Positions 1 to 7,433 of a DNA stretch of 64,000 nt are shown piece after piece; position 1 is the stretch's first letter, and every line of letters starts with the position of its first letter. The stretch is from contig CANKAJ010000002.1 of NCBI GenBank assembly GCA_947479645.1, forward strand, positions 400 through 64,399, given 5' to 3'. The DNA is from Betaproteobacteria bacterium. Its GTDB lineage: Bacteria; Pseudomonadota; Gammaproteobacteria; Burkholderiales; SG8-39. Below the pieces are notes generated by a model. It saw nothing but the letters and a program-made list of their open reading frames with translations. It had not been told where the DNA came from and ran no database searches. Position numbers and translations under genes: made by a program.

Positions 1-202
1 TCTGATTGATAAGGTATTGAGTTCTACCCAGTTTCCAACACTAATTGGCCAATAGAGTGCCAAGGCTATGTAAGAAGTACCTGTCAGTGGATACATTGAC
101 ATTTCGGATTTCCAAGGACTTGATGTTCTGAAGTTATGGCGATAGCGGACGTAGTTACGCCAAATAACTTTTGCTCTAAATTAAAGTTGGATTCTGTGAG
201 CC

Positions 203-781
203 ATGGATTTATTCCTGTACTTGACGAAAAAACGATGGGTAAATGCATGGATAAACGGGGGTGAGATCCCTATATCGTTGGTAAGTTCCTACTTGAGCCC
301 AATTCGCTCCGGCACAAAAACTCCCGATGAGAACCTGATCAATGATATGAATATAGATATCCAGCAGCTGTTCCCCTTGATTAGTATTGGAGAAGGCGGC
401 GGCCTACGAAATGCCAACTTCCAAAACAATTATGTTAACGGTCATCTGTTGCCTGAAGTACAGGATGGTAACTACTTCCACGAAGATGGCCTGATCTTGT
501 CCTTTTCACTCCAACAAAGCAGAGAGATTGCGGTGCGGATGGGTAAGGAATCTTGCGTTAAGATTCAAGACATCAATTATTTAAAGCTATGCGTAGATAA
601 TCAGCTCGGACTAAACGGCATACTCCGAGAGTGTGAGTACACGGATGGGCCAAACAGAAATCACTTCCTCAAGTCGGTAGCTGACTCATGGCAACAAGAA
701 CTCCGAATATTTTGGCCCGGAAGCATTAAAAAATCTGTTGTGCTGCCTAGTGGTATTGCAGAGCCAGTAAGCTTGGAATGA
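203..781 (+). CDS. hypothetical protein, 192 aa, soluble; weak DUF2971-like pattern
   Basis: ATG ORF inside the low-GC islet. No signal peptide or hydrophobic span. LFLYLTKKRWVNAWINGGEIPI ... GLILSFS ... SWQQELRIFW loosely recalls DUF2971-type proteins (from memory, not verifiable here). No clear SD. Confidence 0.45.
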   Translation: MDLFLYLTKKRWVNAWINGGEIPISLVSSYLSPIRSGTKTPDENLINDMNIDIQQLFPLISIGEGGGLRNANFQNNYVNGHLLPEVQDGNYFHEDGLILSFSLQQSREIAVRMGKESCVKIQDINYLKLCVDNQLGLNGILRECEYTDGPNRNHFLKSVADSWQQELRIFWPGSIKKSVVLPSGIAEPVSLE

Positions 782-1038
782 TGAACGAATTGCAAGTTTT
801 CATGGTGGTGTTTTTCTTTTGTCACGGCGCGTGACCTGGGCGCGTAATTGACCATGTAATTCTGTGATGTGCTGGCAGCTCTGATACCCCAAGCGATATG
901 TAGTGGCAGAAAGTGCAGCATGAATAAGTTCGAATGTGGTGTTCTTGATCCTAATTGACCATAGATAGGGGCTAACGTATAGTCATTCGGATGCTCTAGT
1001 GCCGAGTAATCCCTCACTTTGGATTACAGGTAGCATGC

Positions 1039-2343
1039 GTGGAGATCATAGAAAGGTGCGCAAGGGTGGTTCAGAAATCCTACAGGAAGAAGGTGAAGCC
1101 AGGGCTGTATCCGATCGAGATATTACAGATTGATGTTGCTGGCTCAAGCACGTCGCTGTATTCAAAAGTAAGTCCACAAGATAAGTCAAAAGCAGCACAG
1201 CTTTTCAGGGATTTTTTTAAGGGGATTTGTTTAAGTGCGGGTGGCCGCATGCATGGTGAATGGGTCGGTGATGGGGGGTGTGCGTTTTTCCCTAGTTCAA
1301 GCGACGAAGAAATCGGGAATTCTGTGATTGCCGCGAAGGAAATCCTTGATAAATTGCGCTATCAAAATATTGAAACCGCTACGGCAATCGGCAGAACAGA
1401 ATTTCCCCGAAGGATTCGATTATCAGCACATCGCGGTGAAATATATATTTCAGGTAAAGGCGATGGCGTAGACGCGGCAGAGTCAAAGCATTTCGATCAC
1501 TTTAAAAAATATGAAAGGCGATTTGCGCCAAATCCTGATGAGTTTTTTATCACTGACGGGCTATTCAAGGTCTTGCCAGGAGAGTCACAGTCTGAATTTG
1601 AGCACTTCAGAAATATCAAAGCTGGAGCGATTTCGACAGGGCTCTACAGACTAAAAGCAGCACCCAAGCCTCGCACAGAAAATATCTTTAGGTTGGGAGA
1701 CAAGCTTAAGAGCATGTCCCAAAGCGATTGGGAGTACCTACGAACACAAATTTATGCGCATTATGTGAATGTTGCTGCCCGAAATAGGATTACAAAAGGT
1801 CTTATTTCCCATTTGCGTGGGACACCCAGGAAGGGAGCTCGACGGATCTCCGGTGAAGTCCTGCTAGATCTGACCTTGGAAGCGTTAGCGGGATATCTTA
1901 AGATTGCCTTTCCTACTCGGCGCATACGTGTGAGCTATTGGCGTCCAATTACAAAATCATTGATCGCAATGGTTGCGTATAAATATCCAGATGGTGAAAT
2001 GACAAACCCATCTAATCGGAAAATCTCCTTGAAAGACCGTAGCTTCAAAGTTTGTAAGTGCTTTGCGGATGCTGAACCTGTAGTTACGCCTTCCGTCGTT
2101 GCAGCACGTCTTGCGGGGAATTGGTACGACTTTGACGCAAAGCAAAAGGTAAATGGCCGGGCGTTGATGTCTGCACTTCAGCTCCCAATCTACGTTGAAA
2201 CTGACACCGGGACAAAGGAGGTGAAGGGCGTACTTTCGCTTGATTCAAATCAGTCCGACGTATTCCTGCCCCAGGAAGTTAGCTTGTGGCGGGATGAATT
2301 GGTTGGATTTATGGCAAATTTGGCACTAGCAGAGAGTTTGTAA
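1039..2343 (+). CDS. class III nucleotidyl-cyclase-like (palm) domain fused to a C-terminal GAF-like domain, 434 aa
   Basis: GTG start is uncertain; in-frame GTGs also at 1069 and 1093. Residues ~25-210 carry cyclase-like motifs: ILQIDVAGSSTSL (first metal Asp, cf. DxxG[FS]T), GGRMHGEWVGDGGCAFF (second Asp, cf. GD), RIRLSAHRGEIYISG (cf. RIGIHxG). Residues ~270-430 show a GAF-like pattern: IRVSYWRP...MSALQLPIYVE...KEVKGVLSLDSNQSDVF...LVGFMANLALAES. Confidence 0.6.
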   Translation: MEIIERCARVVQKSYRKKVKPGLYPIEILQIDVAGSSTSLYSKVSPQDKSKAAQLFRDFFKGICLSAGGRMHGEWVGDGGCAFFPSSSDEEIGNSVIAAKEILDKLRYQNIETATAIGRTEFPRRIRLSAHRGEIYISGKGDGVDAAESKHFDHFKKYERRFAPNPDEFFITDGLFKVLPGESQSEFEHFRNIKAGAISTGLYRLKAAPKPRTENIFRLGDKLKSMSQSDWEYLRTQIYAHYVNVAARNRITKGLISHLRGTPRKGARRISGEVLLDLTLEALAGYLKIAFPTRRIRVSYWRPITKSLIAMVAYKYPDGEMTNPSNRKISLKDRSFKVCKCFADAEPVVTPSVVAARLAGNWYDFDAKQKVNGRALMSALQLPIYVETDTGTKEVKGVLSLDSNQSDVFLPQEVSLWRDELVGFMANLALAESL

Positions 2344-2412
2344 GCTAGTGAACTATGTCACGTGGGTATTTTGCTGGAAGCTGTATAATTCGCGGTCGAA
2401 AAGGGAGTTCTT

Positions 2413-2604
2413 ATGTCTGTGGTTCGGCAAAAGAGAGCAAAAGTTACGGCGTCGGCTACCAAACAAGCGGCAACAGAGCAGGAAATTCGGAGTAGGGCTG
2501 ATTATTCCCTTGCGGTACTTGGGATGGCGTTTGTACGCAATGGTTCTGGTCGGTTCCTAAATATTCGTGCTCATGGAGATCGCCTGATGAAGAAGGTGGC
2601 CTAG
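2413..2604 (+). CDS. small basic hypothetical protein, 63 aa
   Basis: ATG preceded by a strong SD (AAGGGAG, 2400-2406, 6 nt spacer). Lies 70 nt after the cyclase/GAF gene on the same strand. No recognisable motif. Confidence 0.35.
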   Translation: MSVVRQKRAKVTASATKQAATEQEIRSRADYSLAVLGMAFVRNGSGRFLNIRAHGDRLMKKVA

Positions 2605-2903
2605 GTGTAGCAGCATGATTTCATGCGTGCCTGCATGAATTGCATTTGCCGTTTGCGTTGATCGATTTCCCCCGCAGTTGGTGGTTCCCTCACCTAACCT
2701 GCAAAATACGACTGTGGTGCCATTCTTTGACAGCCGTATGCTATGTTTACGTTGGAGTCCAGTGTGGGGGCGTCAATCGCGATTTCCATTAGCGGTTGGT
2801 GACCCAAACTAGTGACCCAAATGCGGCAAATAATCTCAATATTCACCGTATTTAATGCGGAGAATATATTGCCATTGCGGGGATAAACCCGCATAATCAC
2901 CGC

Positions 2904-4037
2904 ATGAAAAGCGGAGAAAAGATTTACATCTGGCAACAGCAGGACTGGCCGCACTGGCGCTATGACATTCAGCGGTTGATGGGCCTGCTCGGCCAGGTTC
3001 ATCGTGCACAGGGTAATTTGCTGGGCCGGATGCAGACCTTGGGTCTGGGGCTGCGCGAGCAGGCCACCTTGCAGGTATTGACCGAGGACGTGGTCAAGAC
3101 CAGCGAGATCGAAGGCGAACATCTCAACCCCGACGCTGTTCGCTCCTCGATTGCCCGTCGTCTGGGCGTGGATATCGGATCCCTGGCCCCGTCCGATCGA
3201 CACGTCGATGGCGTCGTGGAAATGGTGATGGATGCAACCGCGAATCATCATCTGGCGCTGACGCCGGAGCGATTGTTTGGATGGCATGCCGCGCTATTTC
3301 CAACCGGCTACAGTGGTATGGTCCCAATTCCCACTGGAAGTTGGCGCGATGATGCGACCGGCCCGATGCAAGTGGTGTCCGGTCCGGTTGGCCGGCAGAA
3401 AGTGCATTTCGAAGCGCCTCCCGCCAATTCGCTGAATGCCGAAATGTCGGCCCTGTTGTCGTGGTTCAACGTCGACCAGCATGATGATCCGCTGGTCAAG
3501 GCAGGCCTCGCCCATCTCTGGTTCGTCACCATCCATCCGTTCGACGATGGCAACGGTCGTATCGCACGGGCAGTCGGGGATATGGCACTGGCTCGTGTTG
3601 ATCAATCACCGCAGCGGTTTTACAGCCTGTCGGCGCAAATCCAGCGTGAACGAAAGGACTATTACGACATGCTTGAGCGCACCCAGAAGGGTTCGCTTGA
3701 CGTGACGGACTGGCTTGAATGGTTCCTGGGTTGCCTGTTGCGCACGATGCAGGGCGCCGAGGGGACCTTGTCTGCCGTTCTGGCCAAGGCGAATTTCTGG
3801 CAGCGCTGGGCCGGCACGCCGATGAACGAGAGGCAGATCAAGTTGCTGAACCGTCTGCTTGATGGATTCGAGGGAAAACTCACCAGCAGCAAGTGGGCTG
3901 CCATTGCCAAGTATTCGCCCGATACCGCGCTGCGTGACATCAATGAGTTGGTGTCGCTCGGTGTTTTGACGAAGGCGCCGGGGGGCGGCCGCAGTACTGC
4001 GTACGAGCTTATTGGCTATAATTTCCAGCAACAGTGA
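2904..4037 (+). CDS. Fic family protein (AMPylase-type fold), class II auto-inhibited architecture
   Basis: HPFDDGNGRIARA matches the Fic motif HxFx[DE]GNGRxxR. TSEIEG upstream matches the inhibitory [ST]xxxE[GN] motif. N-terminal IWQQQDWPHWRYD is DUF4172-type. The C-terminal tail is wHTH-like. Confidence 0.9.
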   Translation: MKSGEKIYIWQQQDWPHWRYDIQRLMGLLGQVHRAQGNLLGRMQTLGLGLREQATLQVLTEDVVKTSEIEGEHLNPDAVRSSIARRLGVDIGSLAPSDRHVDGVVEMVMDATANHHLALTPERLFGWHAALFPTGYSGMVPIPTGSWRDDATGPMQVVSGPVGRQKVHFEAPPANSLNAEMSALLSWFNVDQHDDPLVKAGLAHLWFVTIHPFDDGNGRIARAVGDMALARVDQSPQRFYSLSAQIQRERKDYYDMLERTQKGSLDVTDWLEWFLGCLLRTMQGAEGTLSAVLAKANFWQRWAGTPMNERQIKLLNRLLDGFEGKLTSSKWAAIAKYSPDTALRDINELVSLGVLTKAPGGGRSTAYELIGYNFQQQ

Positions 4038-4083
4038 TAACACCCGTACGTCCAAAAATATCGTGATCAATCAGGGGAAGCGC

Positions 4084-5097
4084 ATGTTGCACGTCGAGCC
4101 AGTCAAGCACTCCATCACAAGAAATTGGTCCGGCAAATTCCTTACCGGCGTTGGATTGTTTGTTGCGATCTTGCCGTCAATTGCACTTGCTCAAGCTTAC
4201 CCGGCAAAGCTCGTCAAGATGACCGTGCCTTTCTCGGCCGGCGGCAGCATAGACCTGCTTGGTCGGCTCGTCGGCAAAAAAATGGAGGAGGGCCTAGGGG
4301 CTACGGTTGTCATCGAGAACAAGGGAGGCGGTGGCGGAACAATCGGAACCAAGGCAGTTCTTGATTCCAGGCCGGACGGCTCCAGCATCGCCATTGTTTC
4401 ACCTGGGCCCACGACCGTCGCAGCGGTTCTTGACCCAACCTTGCAATACAACATTACCAAGGATATTACTTATATCGTTGCCCTGGCGAGCTATGTGCCT
4501 GCGGTGGTGGCGGGGCTTCAGGTGCCGGGACGGACGCTGAGGGAATTCATCGATTATGCGAAAAAGAACCCGGGGAAACTGACATTTGGCAGCGCCGGTG
4601 TCGGTTCCAGCACCCACATCCTGGGAGAATTGTTCGTCAGGGCCGCCGGCGTTGACATCATTCATGTGCCGTTCAAAGGGGGTTCTGGCGGGATTCAGGA
4701 TGTGCTGGGCGGCCACATTTCACTGATGATTACGAGTCTGGTTGCGGCCCAGCCCTTGATCAATTCGGGCAAGGTTAAAGCGTTTGCAGCGTTTGACAAG
4801 GAACGCTATCCCACTTTCCCGACGGTGCCTGCAGTGACAGAGGACATGCCGAGCTTTGATCCTCCCATCATCTGGTACGGCCTGATCGGCCCGGCCGGGA
4901 TGCCGGCGACGATTACGGATCGTCTGAACCGCGAAGCCATCAAGGCGCTGGCTTCGGCCGAAGTCCAAAAGGAAATCATCAGCGGTGCCTACAAAGTCAT
5001 CGGCGGAAGTCCCAGGGACTTTCAGGAACTGATCCGCAAGGATGCAACTGTTCTGGGTGATATTGTCCGGGCAGCGAAGATTACGCTCGAAAAGTAA
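4084..5097 (+). CDS. Bug/TctC-family periplasmic substrate-binding protein
   Basis: Signal peptide, then AQAYPAKLVKMTVPFSAGGS, GGGGTIG, GSAGVGSSTHI and HVPFKGG. Start moved to ATG 4084 (the ORF track extends to 4012, overlapping fic). Confidence 0.9.
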   Translation: MLHVEPVKHSITRNWSGKFLTGVGLFVAILPSIALAQAYPAKLVKMTVPFSAGGSIDLLGRLVGKKMEEGLGATVVIENKGGGGGTIGTKAVLDSRPDGSSIAIVSPGPTTVAAVLDPTLQYNITKDITYIVALASYVPAVVAGLQVPGRTLREFIDYAKKNPGKLTFGSAGVGSSTHILGELFVRAAGVDIIHVPFKGGSGGIQDVLGGHISLMITSLVAAQPLINSGKVKAFAAFDKERYPTFPTVPAVTEDMPSFDPPIIWYGLIGPAGMPATITDRLNREAIKALASAEVQKEIISGAYKVIGGSPRDFQELIRKDATVLGDIVRAAKITLEK

Positions 5098-5117
5098 TCT
5101 CCGCCGAACGCCGCAGC

Positions 5118-5909
5118 TTATGTGCTGTCTTTGAGTCGGACCCACTTCAGCCGCGGCTGCTCAGCCAGCAGCCTGCCGTATCCCTTGATCGGTTCGCGCA
5201 CGCCTGCCACCTGCAGGGATGCCCAGAATAGTGCCAGATTGGTTGAAATGAACGGTATGCCGAAATCGGTTTCAAATGCATCGGCGACTTCGATGGTGCG
5301 CACATTGCCACCGATGATGACAATTGCCTCGGCGCGTTTGTCCTGCTCGTAGATTGATCGCGCCAGGTTATAGGCCAAATGCGGAGATTGCAGCCCGATC
5401 AGTGAGGTGGGTTCGGATGAGTAGGGTGGTTCCGGCTTGCGCTTGCCGCCCATATTGACGCCGCCCGTATGCAGCACGTCGACGCCGCAGGTTTTCCAGA
5501 ACGCGGTGTTGCTGTCGTTCAAATCCGGCGGATAAAGCGTGCCGAAGGATACCTTTCCAACACCCAGCGCCGCGATTGCCTCAAGGACCGCAGTTGCCGC
5601 CATGACTGCCGGTCGCCCTGAAGCCTCGCTGATTACACGCGCTTGAGCGGCTTCACCTTCCAGTCCGCCGGTGATGTTAGAACCATTGCATGAATAGGCA
5701 ATCACGCGCGGATTGAGCTCTGCCAGCAGCTTGACTGCGCTGATCAATGCATCGTCCGGTGTCGTCATATCCTGGACCGAGACCCCACTGACGTGAACGC
5801 GGCTGGCGTGCATGGAAACACCCTCCGGTGCCAGCCGATTGAATTCTGGCTCCATCGCCGTATTGACTTCTGCCATCACCATTCCGATTCGAGCGCGCCA
5901 TCCATACAT
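5118..5909 (-). CDS. maleate cis-trans isomerase / arylmalonate decarboxylase-like protein (Asp/Glu racemase superfamily)
   Basis: N-terminus GWRARIGMVMAEVNTAMEPEF is typical of the family. First-half Cys is present (AYSCNGS). At the expected second Cys position the sequence reads IIGGNVRT. Confidence 0.75.
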   Translation of the reverse strand: MYGWRARIGMVMAEVNTAMEPEFNRLAPEGVSMHASRVHVSGVSVQDMTTPDDALISAVKLLAELNPRVIAYSCNGSNITGGLEGEAAQARVISEASGRPAVMAATAVLEAIAALGVGKVSFGTLYPPDLNDSNTAFWKTCGVDVLHTGGVNMGGKRKPEPPYSSEPTSLIGLQSPHLAYNLARSIYEQDKRAEAIVIIGGNVRTIEVADAFETDFGIPFISTNLALFWASLQVAGVREPIKGYGRLLAEQPRLKWVRLKDST

Positions 5910-5959
5910 GTTGGTTTTCCAGTCTGTGGGTTAAAGATGAATTGGATTTAATCGCTGAA

Positions 5960-7372
5960 TCAATCCGCGCCTGGAAGGTGAGCGCAGATGTGATCTGCCG
6001 CTTGCATGCCGAATATGGCAGCCCGGGCCAGTCCGCCGACATATCGGCAGCGTGGCCCGCCATCGACGCCACCGGTCGCTGATCCGGCGGCATAGAGTCC
6101 TGCAATGGGCAGGCCTGATTTGTCCAGCACCCGCGCGTTGCCATCGATACGTATGCCGCCCATGGTGAAGGTGATCCCGGCGCAGACGGGAACGGCAAAA
6201 AAAGGAGGTGTTCTGATTGGCCACCCTGCGCCTAGATCGGTGCTCCGGGCAGGTTTGAGAAGTTCGGTTGTCTTGCTCTCGCAGGCCTTGTTGTATGTAT
6301 CCACGGTCATGCTCAAGGCCGCTGCGGGCAGGTCAGCGGCTGCAGCGAGCAAGTCTAACGTGGCTGCGCGGTGAATCGTGCCACCCGCCAGTTCCAGTTG
6401 CGGATTAGGCGGAATGCGTGCCTCCCGGCCGGGACCTTCCCAGATCGCACTGTCGAAGATGATGGTTGTGGAAAGAGGATCTGCCAGACCAGCAATGGCG
6501 TTGGCAATATAGACGCCGCGCCCGCCTTCATCCAACACTCTGTTTCCATCCCGGCCAACAACAATTCCAGCAGCCGCAAGCAGGTCCAGTTCAGGATAAG
6601 GCCACAGGCGATCGTCGTGCATGGCGTTACGAGCAAGGACGTGACCGTAAAAGCCCTGGAGCGCCGTGATGCCCGCGCCAATGGCCTGGGCCATCCTCAG
6701 CCCATCGCCAGTTCCGTTTGCGGCGCCGCGTTGCTTGAGTGACTCCGGTGCAGGGGCGATATGTTGTTGCAACAGGGGGTGATTGGCCTGAAATCCGCCG
6801 TCGGCGAGCAAGACTGCAGCAGCGTCGACGCGCTTTCGTGTCGTTCCACACATGGCATCCACGCCGATACATCTTTTTCCATCGGTCAACAGGGATTCGG
6901 CACGCGTTTCCAGCGACAGTGTGCCGCCCAGCTCCACAAATCGGCTGCAGAGCTGCTTCAGCATGACGTCAGGACCGCGCCCCTCCCAGATAAGTCCGGC
7001 GGTATGGGGGCGAGGTGGTGCCAGTACGCAGCCGAGCTTTCCAACCTGAATGAAACGGGCTCCCTTGGCTTTCAGCCACGCGATGGTTCGGCCTGCATTG
7101 ATCGACATGACCTCGGCCAGAACCGGATCAGCCGCGCCGCCTGTCGTGGTCTCTATCAGTTCACGCAGCATGGCAACGGGCAGCTCAGGACTTTCGAAGG
7201 CGATGTGGAAGATGCCGCCCGAATAGCGGGAGTTGCATGGATAACTTGCACCGGACCCTTTTTCAAGGAGCACAACCTGCAGACCGGCTTCAGCCGCCCG
7301 CACAGCAGCCACCAATCCGGCAAAGCCGGCTCCGACGACAGCCACGTCGTACTTGTTTTGCCTCGTTATCAA
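5960..7372 (-). CDS. FAD-dependent oxidoreductase (soluble fumarate-reductase/KstD-like flavoprotein), subfamily 1
   Basis: DVAVVGAGFAGLVAAVRAAEAGLQVVLLEKG dinucleotide fold; C-terminal GLYAAGSATGG. Start set at TTG 7372, because the ORF-track start at 7549 would overlap the upstream gene. Start uncertain. Confidence 0.8.
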   Translation of the reverse strand: MITRQNKYDVAVVGAGFAGLVAAVRAAEAGLQVVLLEKGSGASYPCNSRYSGGIFHIAFESPELPVAMLRELIETTTGGAADPVLAEVMSINAGRTIAWLKAKGARFIQVGKLGCVLAPPRPHTAGLIWEGRGPDVMLKQLCSRFVELGGTLSLETRAESLLTDGKRCIGVDAMCGTTRKRVDAAAVLLADGGFQANHPLLQQHIAPAPESLKQRGAANGTGDGLRMAQAIGAGITALQGFYGHVLARNAMHDDRLWPYPELDLLAAAGIVVGRDGNRVLDEGGRGVYIANAIAGLADPLSTTIIFDSAIWEGPGREARIPPNPQLELAGGTIHRAATLDLLAAAADLPAAALSMTVDTYNKACESKTTELLKPARSTDLGAGWPIRTPPFFAVPVCAGITFTMGGIRIDGNARVLDKSGLPIAGLYAAGSATGGVDGGPRCRYVGGLARAAIFGMQAADHICAHLPGAD

Positions 7373-7433
7373 CGTAGATGCCTGTATAAGTTTGTTTGGG
7401 TATTGGAGGTAGACCTTATATAGGGTCTGTTGG

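Noticed and set aside
661-1017. 118 aa minus-strand ORF in the islet
   Set aside because: It overlaps the 3' end of the 203-781 ORF by 120 nt. It has no motif and no SD, and the region is better explained as a spacer with repeats.
1039-2343. Calling the islet cassette a bona fide Pycsar or CBASS system
   Set aside because: There is no recognisable effector (TM, TIR, patatin, endonuclease or cNMP-binding domain) and no CD-NTase fold. Only the cyclase-like motif similarity is visible, so I report it as a candidate novel module rather than a known system.
2694-3287. 197 aa minus-strand ORF
   Set aside because: It is antisense to the N-terminal half of the well-supported Fic gene. This is a typical shadow ORF in GC-rich coding DNA.
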